Positions 22,800 through 36,759 of a stretch of DNA of 64,000 nucleotides are shown one piece after another. Source of the DNA: Octopus bimaculoides (Eukaryota); the NCBI RefSeq assembly GCF_001194135.2, contig NC_068981.1, positions 119,214,750 through 119,278,749 of the forward strand, read 5' to 3'. Positions within the stretch are counted from its first letter, which is position 1. Each line of letters starts with the position of its first letter. Made by a program: the position numbers and the translations under genes. Under the pieces are notes generated by a model, which saw nothing but the letters and a program-made list of their open reading frames with translations, had not been told where the DNA came from and ran no database searches.

Positions 22800-23262
22800 T
22801 TCAATGACTGGCACCTGCGCCAGTGGAGCACTAATAGCACTGTCCGAGCATGTTCATTGCCAGAGCAGCTGTCTGGCTTCCGTGCTAGTGGCCTGTAAAT
22901 AGCACCATTTAAGTGTAATCGTTACCAGCGTCGCCTTCTAGCACTTGTGGTGGTGGCATGTTAGAAAATCATTCAAGCAAGGTCGTTGCCAGTGCCGCTG
23001 GACTGGTTCCCTTGTAGGTGGCATGTAAGAAGCACCTTTTTAAGCGTGGCCGTTGCCAGTACCGTGTGACTGGCCCTCGTGCTGGTGGCACATAAAAGCA
23101 CCCACTACACTCTCGGAGTGGTTGGCGTTAGGAAGGGCATCCAGCTGTAGAAACTCTGCCAGATCAGATTGGAGCCTGGTGCAGCCTTCTACCTTGCCAG
23201 TCCTCAGTCAAATTGTCCAACCCATGCTAGCATGGAAAGCGGACGTTAAACGATGATGATGT
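22800..23262 (+). repeat. RTE-type 3' tail with internal tandem units, ending in (GAT)n
   Basis: Matches 55765-56222 and 62200-62590. Confidence 0.8.
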
Positions 23263-26089
23263 ATAGTGGTTATATGTGATTACAAGACCAAATATACTAT
23301 GGGAGCATTGTGCTAGTCTATTAAAAAAAGTATCAAGGGAGTCCCTATAATGCCACTCAACCTGTTACAAATAGCAATCATATCTCCCTTAAATCACACT
23401 CTTCTATCTTAAAAACTGAAAGGACTCATTGAATAATGTAGTCCTGGATGTCCTTAAAAAAGAATGGCTACAACTGGAATACCTCTGACCTTAGATGTTG
23501 CGCTAACAAGGGAAACAACTCCAGTGTTAGTTGCCTGACTATTTGTGTAGCACTCCAACATAAAAGGTACAAAAGGTGCTTGGAATTGATAGTGGAGCAA
23601 GACTAAGGAGAAACAAGAGTTGTGTTGAAGCTCTAGTGTGCAACCCTTGCATTTAAACCCATTGAAGGATATGACATTAGGTCTCTTCAACACATATATT
23701 GAATATTTCTTGAGTGCATTCAGTTTTCTTTACAACTTTCTATGTATAATATATATCACATGAGTCAACAATGCAGCGTTTCACCAAGTATCTTAATGTG
23801 TGACACCTAACATTCTCAGATGAAATCTAAATATATTTCATGTCTTCCTTTACAGTGGGTAACTTTCCTCAGCTTGTATTGATTTTTTTTTACTCAGCAT
23901 AGTCATCCTTTCACATTGTATGTACAAATCTGTTGGAATTTCTTTCATTAATTGATCAATATCTCAGAGTTGCCTGGTGCCACTTAAAAAGCACCTGTGA
24001 TGGTGCCACATAAAAGGCATCTAGTACACTCTGTGGAGTGGTTGGCATTAGGAAAGGCATCCAACCATAGAAACCAAGTCAAAACAGACTATTGAACCTG
24101 GTTTGGCCCCTGGCATTACCATTTCCTGTCAACTGTCCAACCTATGTCAGATGGAAAATGGATGTTAAATGATGATGATACCTAACAAATCTTGATATAC
24201 TATAGCTTTGGTGGGTGATATACTTAATCCATTGTTGGATTGACACCACTATCTGACCCTTTAGTACCTTCATTGGAGTCCACTCTGTTCTGTTCAGAAT
24301 TGGTCTCTGATCTAGAGGTTATCAAGATCTTTTTCCCACCAGCCTTGGAGACCTTGGAAAAGGTTATGATCACTGCCCTTCTCCTGACAAAGCTATTAAA
24401 AAAAAATTAAAACCATTTTGATGATAATGAGGAATATGGTTTTCTTCCCAAAATACATGTTAGATCTTTTTAATAAGAATGGAGTGCAGAACAAAATAAA
24501 GTATCTAGTGGCTTACAAATTGTCTCACATTTGTATAATTGGATCCAGTTCAACTTTGTGGAGATTATAAGGATTTCTATTATGGTTTTGGTGGGAATGT
24601 GTGTATAATATTACACTTATAAGCATTTCAGAATGTAGTTGACCTAAATTTTGTTTCTTTCCCTGATGTGTCATTTCACAACAGCTTCCCTGTACTTTTA
24701 GATTTTATGAAAATGTCTTTTCTCTGTTATCATTATAAGCAGTGATCATGAATCTTGTATTAAAAAGTGCCAAATGATAATGGTATAAAGAGAATAAGGT
24801 CACATTCTTAAGCGTTTTATTCAGTAAATTTCTGCAGATATACATTTATTTTACTGAGTGAAAGTGATCTGAACAGGGTCTTGCAAATAATCAAGTTTTT
24901 TGAGGGTGTTTAGAAAAATATGTAAACTATCTTTTGAAGTTATTTTGTAATACAACCATAGGTTCTATATAACTTAAAATAGAATATTTGTTTCATAGTG
25001 TGACCACAAACCATTTCAGGTGGTTAAGTATTAAATAGTGTTTATTTCTTTTTATAATCATATGATGGTTTCTGTTGTATTGATATAGCTTTTATATTTA
25101 GTCTATTTTTACTGTTATATGGCAATATATAGTGATGTGTATGTACTGACATATGCTGATACAATTTTCTATAGAAAACCAGTTGTTTCAAAATATTTCT
25201 TTTTGGCTAGTCTAACATTATGTTTTTACCAACAGTTATTTATAATGTATATATGTATGTATTAGTTCTCAGATGCTTCTTTGTCTAGCTGGTTTACTCT
25301 GTTTTGTCAATCCCATCAATAATGTTAGTATATTCATTTGTAACATATATTCTATCATAACCAGTTTAAGATCTCCTGCATTTACCCAAATTCTCAAGTT
25401 TTCCTCTGTCTTCTTACTCTAGTTAGCAAGTTTTATAACATTTTTCTTGGAACAGCTTTCAGAATTGGGAGTGGTACAGCTTCACATTTTCAGTCTTTTA
25501 TTTATTGTGTATATGACTTATTTTTACTTTTGTTCAATTTCTTTTTAATATTTCCTATCTTTTATATTAAATGAATTAATATATAAGACATTTAAGATGA
25601 TTGTGTGGAGATGGTCTTATTATAAGATCATTTAATGTAGATCAATGATCTTTTTTGACATCTCTGCTTTCCATTTTGCTTATGATATTGCTCTCTTAGA
25701 AGGGGTCCTTCACCTATCTACGAGGTTTGTAACTCTGAATAAGAACTCCCTCAAACTGTAATGACCCATTCAACCCATGCTAGCACAAAAAAGCAGATGT
25801 AAAATGTTGATGATGGATGTTACAAGCAAGACCACTCATACAGGCACAACCCAAGATAAAAATGGATCTCAGTTATGTTGATGATGAGTATTCAGTTGTT
25901 TGATCAACTGAACTACCTGTTCATTGAATTAACATGTAACTGTCTGAATATTCCACAGGCATGCACATCCATATCATAATTCTCAGACAGAATCAGGTAC
26001 AGTTTTCATGTATCTAATTTCACACAACCTGGGATAATGACATTTTGAAAATGTTGTTTCTTATACATAATCTGATGTTTATTAATTTA

Positions 26090-26547
26090 AGGGGAATTAG
26101 ATGCAGTATGCAAGAGAGATGACTGCATTGCTTTGGTCATGAGGTGTAGATGGATGCTGACAGCTCCATAAAGAAATGCCGATCTCTCAAAGTGAATGGA
26201 ACTCACAGAAGAGGGAGACCCAGGAAGACATGGGACAAAATACTGAAGGATGACTTCAGGATAACCGACCCTTTCGGGCAAGATGATAAAGGACTGAGAT
26301 ACCTGGTAACTTGCTGTATTCAAAAAGGCTTGGCCTGCAAGAGTCCTATGCTGGTGCTTTGTAAAAGGCACTCATGCCAGTGCCACGTGCAAGTGCTCAT
26401 GCTGTTGGCATGTTAAAAGTACTCAGCACACACTGTAAAGTGGTTGGTGTTAGGAAGGGCATCCATCTGTAGAAACCAAGCACTCTGGCTTCCCAGCTCT
26501 GGTCAACCCATCCAATGGAAAATGGACATTAAAGGATGATAATGATG
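26090..26547 (+). mobile_element. 5'-truncated RTE (ORF2 C-terminus and 3' tail)
   Basis: KVNGTHRRGRPRKTW motif, then the shared tail and a (GAT)-like end. Confidence 0.75.
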
Positions 26548-29068
26548 AACCCAATGGAGGTTTCCATTGAGATCTTGGCAATCAATTACGCTCTACAAAA
26601 ATGCCCAATGGAAGTTAGCTTTCACTTTCACTATGAATGCATTGACTACCAAAGTTCCATGAAATTTTATATTAATCTCTAAAGTAACCAAAACTGAAGT
26701 TATAGTAATTCTAAACAAACAGAAACAAATTATTGCTGCCAATGACATTTAGCTGTGGAGGTGGATGATTTTGTTTGAGCTTTACAATCCTACAACTAAT
26801 ATGATTGAGAAATTAACTTTGTGTTAATTTTGCAAAACTGACATCTAGTCGTTAACTTCGAAGATTTCTGAGATTGTGTACAAAGAGCTGTGCATTTTAG
26901 TTACTGGTATGCTACATTCTTCTCTTTGAATAGAAAACTTAGTCTGGAAGATCTCCATTGTTTAAAGATATTAAGTGGTGCCTAAGTTCAGCTCATTGAC
27001 AGTGAAAGTGTTTGATATTTGAGCACTTCATCTTCGTTTTTCTGTCAATTACTTTATAGCTCCTCATCTTTTCTACTGTAAATACGATTCCATGTTTAGG
27101 GTGGCAATGCTGTAGTGAGTTGCTAATACCATACTAACAGGTGATATAAGCAGTTCTCAGAGAGATCAACCAGTTCAAATATCTACATCTTTTACTTATT
27201 TCATGTAGATTGGCTTCTATTTGGGTTTGAGCTGACCAGTGCATATAAAAGTGATTATATTTAAACTTCAAAGGTAAAAGCTGATATTATTAGTGAGTAT
27301 AAGATCTACAAAGTGCATAGTCATAGTAAAATAATTGCTACATCAATTGGCACATAAAGGCCAAATTCTGTACTAATTTTCCTACCACTGTATCAAGTAA
27401 ATCCTAGTAGATTAAAAATAAAATCTAACATTTACCACTCAAGTATATCTTATTCATCCCTGCCGGTAACATTACTAATGCCTTGGAACGTCTCTGAACA
27501 AAGTAAACTGCAAAAGTTTTTTTTATGGTTTTAGTCAGAAGGATGGGATTGTTCCCATGACCTTTGCAGGTTCTCTACACTCTGACTACCATAGTATTAT
27601 TCACACAGCTGGCATTACTTAATGGAGTGTCTAGTATGTTCCCCAAATAAATTAAGTACTGATGAGCTGTTCAAGCCTACTCAACACCACCATTTCTACC
27701 ACAGTCAACTTCACTTAGCTTTGCTGAATTTCATTTAAACTGTAGTATAATATTGTTTATTTACTACATAAATCACATGACATCTAATTTTGATCTGGCT
27801 TTTGAAAATGTTCCACTCTAACACCTCAATTTACATCGTTTTCTGACAAAATCTTAATGAAGCCTTAGTTGTCATTGTTATAAACAAGGTCTTTTACTAC
27901 GGGTGGATCTATAGACATAAAAAAAACCCAGTCAAATGGCAGGTGTGATCCACAGATCCACTGTCCCAGATATTAGTATGTCTGTGTTGAACAGAGGATC
28001 TTACTACACATCAGACAGCAATGGCTTATCACATATAGAGTGCCATGTGATACTCATGTTCGACTTTCCTTGTATGCCACTGGTGGCCACAGGAGAGATG
28101 AGTAAGGTGGACTCAGAACATGATAGTTTCCTCTTCTCAGCAGTTATCATTGGTAGATTGGTGTTTCAATTAATTTTGAAAATAATCGAGATTGAGAATG
28201 CAGACATTACTGGTATAACCTATAGTATATTTCTTTGTGTTGACAGATTGTGGTGCAAGTGGGTGTTTTAAGTGTGCTTGTACATCACTTTACTTTCAGG
28301 ATTAGCTCTTCTTGTGTTCTTTAGTCATTAAAGAACATCAGATCTTCGTATGTGATGTTTCATGATTTTGTTGGTAAGAAGGGAATAATACTATTGATGC
28401 TTGATTGATGAACTTACTGGTACCGATCAGTTCTTACTTCCAATGTTGCTAACAAGGTTTGATTTTTCATCTCAACAACCCATTGACAACTTTATAAAAT
28501 TTATGCCTATAACAGATACATGTCCATATGATTAAGAGGTACACTTTGCAAATATATAGTTCTGGATTTGATCCTATTGTGCTGAACTTTCAGCAAATGT
28601 CTTCTAGCATAAGGTAGGTTGACCAAAACACAGCGAATGAAATTTGGTAGAGAGAAGCAATGCAGCAACTTGTGTGGTTGTGTGTGTTGATGTTTTGGAG
28701 AAGACGGGCTGGGCATATTATATGTGTGAAGCTTCAGTAGGTTGAAACAATAAGGATGACAGTTGGAGAAGAGGTGACTGAATCAGGAATGTCTGAGTAG
28801 TAATAGCCCAAGATCAGCTTGCTTCAAGTAGAAGCCATTGAAGCTGTGGTTGAAAATGCAGAAAAGAGTCAGCACATTTGTGGACTAGAAGTTGGATAGT
28901 GTTTGTGATACTTGTGTGAACAGTACTCTATTGTGAGTTACACTTTAGCTTTGTAGAGAATTAGTTGATGGAGTCTGAAGTATTTTCTGGTTTTAAAAAA
29001 GAAGGATAGTCTTTACTATGTTGTGTTTTCCTGGATAACTCCTCACTGAGGATAAGGCTTAGCATTTA

Positions 29069-30439
29069 CTAGCAGAAATACCCGGCGTTGCCCGGGTTAA
29101 AGAGAATAATGAAATCTAAAAACGCCGTCTAGACTACGCATCATCTTTATATATAGAGATGTATATACACACACGCACCCAAACACATGTATATATATGT
29201 ATATCAATATAAATATATGAAAGTCAATGAAGTTTCGTAAAAGAAGGTGATCATGTACATACTTTCTTGCTGTTGTGATTATAACACCTCATTGTAAACT
29301 ATGTTCCTTGTTTTCCCTTGTGGAGCATATACAAATAGGTTTTTTGTTGCTGCCCACTCTTGAGCAGCCAACATACAGNNNNNNNNNNNNNNNNNNNNNN
29401 NNNNNNNNNNNNNNNNNNNNNNNNNNNNNNNNNNNNNNNNNNNNNNNNNNNNNNNNNNNNNNNNNNNNNNNNNNNNNNNNNNNNNNNNNNNNNNNNNNNN
29501 NNNNNNNNNNNNNNNNNNNNNNNNNNNNNNNNNNNNNNNNNNNNNNNNNNNNNNNNNNNNNNNNNNNNNNNNNNNNNNNNNNNNNNNNNNNNNNNNNNNN
29601 NNNNNNNNNNNNNNNNNNNNNNNNNNNNNNNNNNNNNNNNNNNNNNNNNNNNNNNNNNNNNNNNNNNNNNNNNNNNNNNNNNNNNNNNNNNNNNNNNNNN
29701 NNNNNNNNNNNNNNNNNNNNNNNNNNNNNNNNNNNNNNNNNNNNNNNNNNNNNNNNNNNNNNNNNNNNNNNNNNNNNNNNNNNNNNNNNNNNNNNNNNNN
29801 NNNNNNNNNNNNNNNNNNNNNNNNNNNNNNNNNNNNNNNNNNNNNNNNNNNNNNNNNNNNNNNNNNNNNNNNNNNNNNNNNNNNNNNNNNNNNNNNNNNN
29901 NNNNNNNNNNNNNNNNNNNNNNNNNNNNNNNNNNNNNNNNNNNNNNNNNNNNNNNNNNNNNNNNNNNNNNNNNNNNNNNNNNNNNNNNNNNNNNNNNNNN
30001 NNNNNNNNNNNNNNNNNNNNNNNNNNNNNNNNNNNNNNNNNNNNNNNNNNNNNNNNNNNNNNNNNNNNNNNNNNNNNNNNNNNNNNNNNNNNNNNNNNNN
30101 NNNNNNNNNNNNNNNNNNNNNNNNNNNNNNNNNNNNNNNNNTCGAAATGTGATTGTTTCAGTTAGTGGAATAGTTTCATTTTTAAAGTGAAAGTATTTGA
30201 CATGAGTGTTTTTGTTTCACTTTTGACACGTAATACTTAAATAGTGGAGGAGATATTATGTTGCCGTGTGCTCGAACTCTGCAAGAAGTTAAAAATTTTT
30301 TTTGACTAAAACACAACTGGAACCCTAAGTAAGGCATGTGTAAAATTTGAATGAAATTGGTTGCGTAGTTCTCGAGTTTTAGGGATTCACACACACACAC
30401 AGACAGACAGACACACATTCTCATTTTTATATATATAGA
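29069..30439 (-). mobile_element. Non-autonomous Helitron, copy 2 (central N gap)
   Basis: Same TC/CTAG termini, hairpin and A|T target as copy 1; about 5 differences in about 310 comparable nt of the left part. Confidence 0.85.
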
Positions 30440-30489
30440 TAGTGACCTAGTGGGTTTTAGTTGCATACTGTTTTATGTTTAGAGAGGGT

Positions 30490-30830
30490 GGTGTGTGTTC
30501 TTTATAGGAGTAGTGATTGTGTCTTTGTGCTGTTGATGGAGACAGTATTGACATCACTTCATTGGAGGATGTTTTTCAGGTCACTGCTTACGAAATCGGT
30601 GCAATATTGGTTGGAGATCTAGGTTAGATGTGGATGATGCATAGGTGTAAGAGGTTAATGAAGAATGAAGGGTGGTATCATCTGTGTATGACTAGGGGGT
30701 TTTGGAGAGAGAAAATAGGCCATTCATGAATAGGAGAAAGCATGGCAAGGACAAAGCCACCTTTGCACATACTTGAGTTAATATATGGTCAGAGAAAGTT
30801 CCATCAGCATACACTGTGATAATGTGATCT
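30490..30830 (-). mobile_element. CR1/Jockey-like LINE RT fragment
   Basis: Minus-strand LFMNGLFSL..YTDDTTLHSS..SDLKNILQ..INSTKTQSLL, broken by frameshifts. Confidence 0.55.
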
Positions 30831-30933
30831 GACAGATAACTACCAATCCAAGTAATAATTATATTTAAACATTTTCTGTTAATGATTTTTATATTTCCTT
30901 ATTAGTCCTTTGTTTTCTGTTTGGAACAATAAT

Positions 30934-32063
30934 TATTGGTCTACAAAATTTGAGGAAGGAAATTTTTCTGTTGATTAGACAAGTGTTTCTGAAGCATTTT
31001 TTCAAGCTGAATCCAGATATGCTACTTGTTTTCACCAATCATGCCAGGATCTTTGTATCCACACTACCATGATTTTTCACAAAAAACATAGTTTTCGTTG
31101 ATTTTATATTCTGATTTTAATTTTGGAGCAGTGAGCCAAAATGTGAAAAATGCTTCATTATTACCCTTCCCTTGCATAAAGTATAGTAAAGTTATGAATA
31201 TTATTGATTTTGTACATAGATAGTTTAATTGTAATAAGATTTCGGCCAGAAATAGAGATGTTTTTTGCCTATGATAGAGAAAATACAAAAGGAGGCCTAG
31301 GGTCATTCTATTTTATTGGTAGAAAATTTTAAACACAACAAAATCTGCAAACTATGCCTGTGACATATCCCTTAAAAATGTCAAATGTCATTATGAAGGA
31401 ATAAATCTCTGTTTCTTAGACATCCTTGAATGTTTTAACATTATGCAGTCCATTTTTATATTTCAATAGTAATCAGCCATCACATCCACATCCCATCTCC
31501 CTTGATATTGCTCTTCTATTGCCTTCATTTCTTGGTAGAATTTTCTCAATGGTGTCTCCCAAATCCTGTGGAAATTGATCCAAATGGCTGAACAAAAAAT
31601 ATATCTTGATGCTCATTTTGCATCCCAGTTTGATTGTACTTGATTGCTTGTTGCCAAAGATCCTGACATGATTGGTAAAAACTAAAATCTGTACTCAACT
31701 CAAAACAAGAAAATTGCAGCAAAGCTGTGTGATAATGGTGTCAGAAATGGCACAAAAACCATCATATGTCTTGTTTGATATAGCATTCTGACATTGTGTT
31801 TTTATTTTTCTCTTCTGTTTTATTTTGACATGCACATATCATTTTTATTCTTCTCTTCCATTTTATGAATTCAATGTGCAAATGCGCATTGAGTGTTCAT
31901 TCTTCTTTTTCCAGTTCCTGCTCAAAACTGTTTATAAATCACAACCATCTCATGAACTGAGTTCACGAGAAGTGCTTTGCGCCCCAATGATTGTGAAAAG
32001 TGCTTGAAAAACACTCGTCTATTCAACAGAAACATTTCCATCCCCAAATTCTGTAGACCTGTG
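30934..32063 (-). mobile_element. Internally deleted CMC/Chapaev-3-like DNA transposon
   Basis: About 70-bp imperfect TIRs (right end, reverse complement: CACAGGTCTACAGAATTTGGGGATGGAAAT; left: TATTGGTCTACAAAATTTGAGGAAGGAAAT) with TAA near both ends. Minus-strand remnant FSHLDQFPQDLGD..FYQEMKAIEEQYQGRWDVDVMADYY. Confidence 0.6.
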
Positions 32064-32299
32064 TAATGTTTCTAAGTCCATTGACATTTTTAGAACACCT
32101 CAATCTCTAGATGTTTATGCCATTTCCTATTAGCATGTTTTAGTAGAATGCAATTCGTGCATTTACTAATATAATGTGGCCCATACATTTGTACCTTAAA
32201 ACCTGTAATATATTTTATTCTCTTATCTTTTTTTACACTGAAGTATAATGTCACTCGCATTTTCTATTAAATTTCTCCCATTGTGTGTGTGTGTATATC

Positions 32300-33400
32300 A
32301 TCATTTAGCATCTGTTTTCCATGCTGGCATGAGTATGATGGCTTGACTGGGGTTTGTGAGCCAGAGAGCTGTACCAGGCTTCAGTCTGTTTTGGCCTGGT
32401 TTCTACAGTTGGATGCCCTTCCTAATGTCAACCACTTTTATGTGTCACTGGCACAAGTGCCCTTCACATAGCACTAATCACGACTACAATTTCACTTAGC
32501 TTAACATGTCATCTCAAGCACAGCAAATTGCCAAAAGTCTCAGTCACTTGTCATCACTTCCATGAAACTAAACTTCCAAAGATCATATTTCACCTCCTCA
32601 TCCCGTGTTTTCCTGCATCTACCTCTTTCACAGGCTCCCTCCACAGTTACAGATCAGCACTTCTTTGCACAGTTGTCCTTGTTCATATGTATCACATGGC
32701 CATACCAGTGCAGTCTTCTCTCTTGCACACTACATCTGATGCCTCTTGTACCCAATTTTTCTCTTAAGACACTTAGACTCTTTTGTATCTGCACACTGAC
32801 ATTGCACATCCAGTGAAGTATACTAGCTTCATTTCTTTCAAACTATTGCATGTCCTCTGCAGTCACAGTCCATGTAGCATGGCTGTTCACACAGGCATCA
32901 TACACTTTACCTTTCACTCTGAGGGAGAGACCCTTTGTTACCAACAAAGGTAGAAGCTCTTTGAACTTTGCTCAGCCCATTCTTATTCTAGCAGCTACAC
33001 TCTCAGAGCATCCCCCTCTACTGCTGATTTGGTCACCTAGGTAATAGAAGCTAGTATCACCCCAAGCATTTAACAGTCTATTTTCTGTACGTTCTTAGTG
33101 GTTATTGTACCTACACATCTGTCACACACACAAAGCCTACTTTCTCTGTTAACCTTCTTCTGATACTGCTGCTCCTCTTATGTGTCCATAGCTTGTACTG
33201 GGTACACCTTATTGAGTTTCTACCTACACTTTTTCTATGTATCAAGTAGAGCCATCTCTCTGAAGAGATTTGTGATTTGTCTGTTTTCCTACTAACTAAG
33301 ACTTTGGCCTTTGTTAAATTAACTGTAAGGCCCTTTGATTCCAGACCTTGCTTCCACACCTAAAATTTCTTCTCTAGTTAATCCATAATTATATATATAT
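32300..33400 (-). mobile_element. RTE LINE 3' portion with tail, antisense
   Basis: WKQGLESKGLTVNLTKAKVLVSRK and GRNSIRCTQ peptides, plus the reverse-complement tail. Confidence 0.8.
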
Positions 33401-33407
33401 ATAAGGA

Positions 33408-33670
33408 GGAGACCCCCTTTGGTCATGAATGACCATGGGATTGCACCTACAAAGTTACCCTCCAAGGCACAAGTCTGGGCAAGGTTGTTTATGGAAGGCC
33501 AGCAGTCGCCCATGCATACCAGCTTGCCCTCTCCACACCACTGATGTTATCCAAGGGAAAGGCAAAGACCGATACAACTTGGTACCAGTGATGTCGCAAC
33601 TCATTTCTACAGCTGAGTTAACTGGAGCAATGTGAAATAAAGTGTCTTGCTCAAGAACGCAACATACAGT
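33408..33670 (-). mobile_element. SINE fragment, third family (CORE-like segment)
   Basis: Minus-strand TTGAGCAAGACACTTTATTTCACATTGCTCCAG block typical of CORE-type SINE bodies. Confidence 0.5.
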
Positions 33671-34583
33671 TGAAATCCTATCCAGATCAATGTTGTTTTT
33701 CACTCTTTGGACATGTGGGTGGATCAATGGGTTGATAAAATAAGTATTGGACTTGATACAACCAGCAATATTCTAGAGGGAAATACCCCAGCATTACTAT
33801 GGGTTAATGATTGGAGTAAGTAAAATAATAGAAGACTTGTATTTCATGATAAGTAGCCAGGCTATCTCCAATCTCCTCAATTAGAGTTCAACAAACTTAT
33901 TGACAGAGCATCTAACACAGGTATCATTGTCAGTTCTTTGGCGCTGACTCCACCACTGATACTTTGGCCACCTAATTAACAGTTTACATCTGCTCTCTAG
34001 TGCACTTCAAATACTGAATATTTAATTACTGGGATTATTACAATAGTTAAACTGGATTAGTGAAATTAGAAAGCTGAACAATAGAAAGAATATCATGGCT
34101 GCTGTCATAACTAGACTAATTTTTATTCATTGGCCTATGTTTTTTAATATATTCTTTTTCAGTAACTCATTGATTGTCATATATATGCCATTTTATTTCT
34201 ATCATCATTAGAATCAGTATTACCATTATATTTTACTTTGGGCAGTGAGTTCAAATGTCACAACAATTGCGATGTACTTTTCTCTCAATGCTACAATAAA
34301 CATTTTCTAAAATTTTCTCTTAAGTGAAGAGCTTTGCTTGAAATCTCAATATTCTTGTTCCCCTATGGCTTATAAATGTATCCAGATTTATGAACTTTGT
34401 TAAATGATTGTTGCCAATGCAGACCATCACTAGTTTCTCTTTTTTCTGGTTTCTTATTTACTTCACTCTGACTAGTTGGAGAATACCTGTTATATATATT
34501 TTACCAGTTGAATAGTTAGCAGAAGAAATGACTAACTTATTACAATAAGAGAAAAAACTTCAACTTTTTTAGACAAATGGATA

Positions 34584-35490
34584 TACAAAGAGGTACCCAT
34601 AAGTTACTGCAAACATTCTCTGTGGGATAAGCCCATTATAGTTCAGGCTTCTGCCACTAGAAGCCACTTGATGCAACCCTCAAGCATCAATCTGTTGACT
34701 GGCAGCATTGGGTGGAGTCGTACTGCTATGTGGTGCATCTTTGTGTTGCAGTCCTTCTCCCCTGTTTGTTAATTTTTGCAATGGTTGAAATGAAGGAACA
34801 GCATGCTTCTGTGAAATTTTGTTTTCTTCTGGGGAAAACTGGCCAAAACAGTTGTCATGCTTCAAACAGCTTACAAGGATGCTGTTATGAGCAAAACACA
34901 GGTTTATGAGTGGTTTTCACGCTTGAGGAATGGTCACCTGTCGCTTGAAGACCAACCTCATTCAGGATGACCATCAACCTCCTGAATGAATGAAAATATC
35001 ATGAAAATTCATGAGCTGATCTTGGAAGACCATCACTGAACAATTGACAAACTTGTTGATATGATTGGTATGTCCTGGAGCTCCTGCCAATGAATTTTGA
35101 GCGAGGAATTGTGAATGAAAAGAGTTGCAGCAAAATTTGTACCTTGCTTGCTCATGGAAGATAAAAAGTAGTCATGACTAAATGCATGTCATGAACTGAA
35201 AAGAACAGTTGGAAGTTGATCTTAGACCTTTTTTTGAAGGTCATCACTGGTGACAAAAGCTGGTGCTACAAAATTTGCAAATGTGAAAGAGATGAAGAAA
35301 AAAAAAACATGTTAAAAGGCATCACTTCACAAGAGTTCCAGCACTGCTTTGAACAGTGGAAAACGCATCTGGACCAATGTATTGCTTTAAATGGAGAATA
35401 CTTTGAAGGCGATAAAAGTGTAAACATATAAAATTAAGTGAATAAAATAACATTGCAAAATTCTGGTTTCTTTTGGGTACCCCCTTTGTA
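34584..35490 (+). mobile_element. Internally deleted Tc1/mariner element
   Basis: TIRs TACAAAGAGGTACCCA and (reverse complement) TACAAAGGGGGTACCCA with TA flanks. Remnants KVITGDKSW and FQHCFEQWKTHLDQCIALNGEYFEG. Confidence 0.85.
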
Positions 35491-36551
35491 TATATATATC
35501 GATGTTGAAATGAAAGCTGACACCATCATTATCACCTTGTGTTTTTTTTATATATATATATATATATTGGTATAGTTTCAACAGGTCATCACCATCTATG
35601 TCATTCTGTTCACACTGCAACATACAAAATTGGCTAATGTTGTGCATGCATTAAATACATTTTATCATGGCATTATCACTAGCGGAGGACTGAGGATTTC
35701 TGTCTACTTGTATCATCTCTTATTCAGAGATACTGCCTACCTAAAAGTGTAATTTGCAGAATCCATATTTCTCTCATACATTTCAATTTCATACTACAAC
35801 TAAATGTCCATCTTGTTGTCAACCACTTTATTGAGTGTATGGGGTGAATTTTCTTGTGCCACTTGTACTAGACATTGTTCCCTGCAAGATGGCCTAAAAA
35901 ATCTCTTCCAGTCCTTGTCAGTTTTTATTTGAGTTAGCCCTCCTAGCTGGGTAACCTGCAATGCAGGTTGCCCAGCTTTAAATGTTCTCATTTTTGGTAT
36001 CAGATGAATTTTTCTCCTTCCTGAAATTTTTAATTAAATTTTATTGGGTGCATTATTCTACTGAATCACCATCACACCTTAATCATCCTCACTCATCCAC
36101 CAATTTGGCTAGTCATGCCTCCTTTCTAATATTAGTTACCTGCTTCCAACATCATCTCAAACATTGTTTTTAGATATTTGCTTGCAGTATTTCTTCCAGT
36201 CCTTTACATTCTGCATTCAACTCTCACCAAGATCAAGTTTGCCTTTCATTCTTAAGTTAACAGCGAGCATTTCATTGCATTTCTTGGAAAACACAAGAAG
36301 CTTTATTTATATATCATTCTAAAGGATATTCTATAGGTAACTCTTCAGGCTCTCTAAAAGTTAGCATTATTTTGTAATCATGTATATGCTGATGATCTTC
36401 TAAGAGGCAACTGTCTCTACTTCCATTTCTAGAATTAGAACTTATGAATGTAAATAATCTAATTGCTTACCTAAGTTATCTAAATAACACATTACATAGG
36501 AACTACACATGAATTTTTCAGTCTGTGACTGAATTGTCATTTCTCTTATAA

Positions 36552-36759
36552 CTTTTGATACCAACCTACCTGAGACTGCCTCTGGTATCTATGATACAAA
36601 CTTCTTGTTTTAAAGTGATCTAAAAATAGCCCATCAAAATTTTTTGTTCCAAACACCAGCTTAATAACCACAAAGTTAATTTACTAAATTCTCGAATTAT
36701 TTTCAAAACTAATTAAAGCAAAGGCAGTATATTTCAGCAGAAGTATGGTAACAAAAGAG
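36552..36759 (-). mobile_element. piggyBac-type MITE
   Basis: Reverse orientation of the 55010-55228 MITE; TTAA at 36760-63, degenerate on the left. Confidence 0.7.

Noticed and set aside
23845-23864. Apparent 3-nt microexon (CCTTTACAG|TGG|GTAACT)
   Set aside because: Inclusion would add a residue inside the GxxxxGKT P-loop, and such short matches are expected by chance in 38 kb.
26600-29000. Possible additional decayed hAT and LINE fragments
   Set aside because: Motif traces are too weak to assign family or boundaries without a database search.
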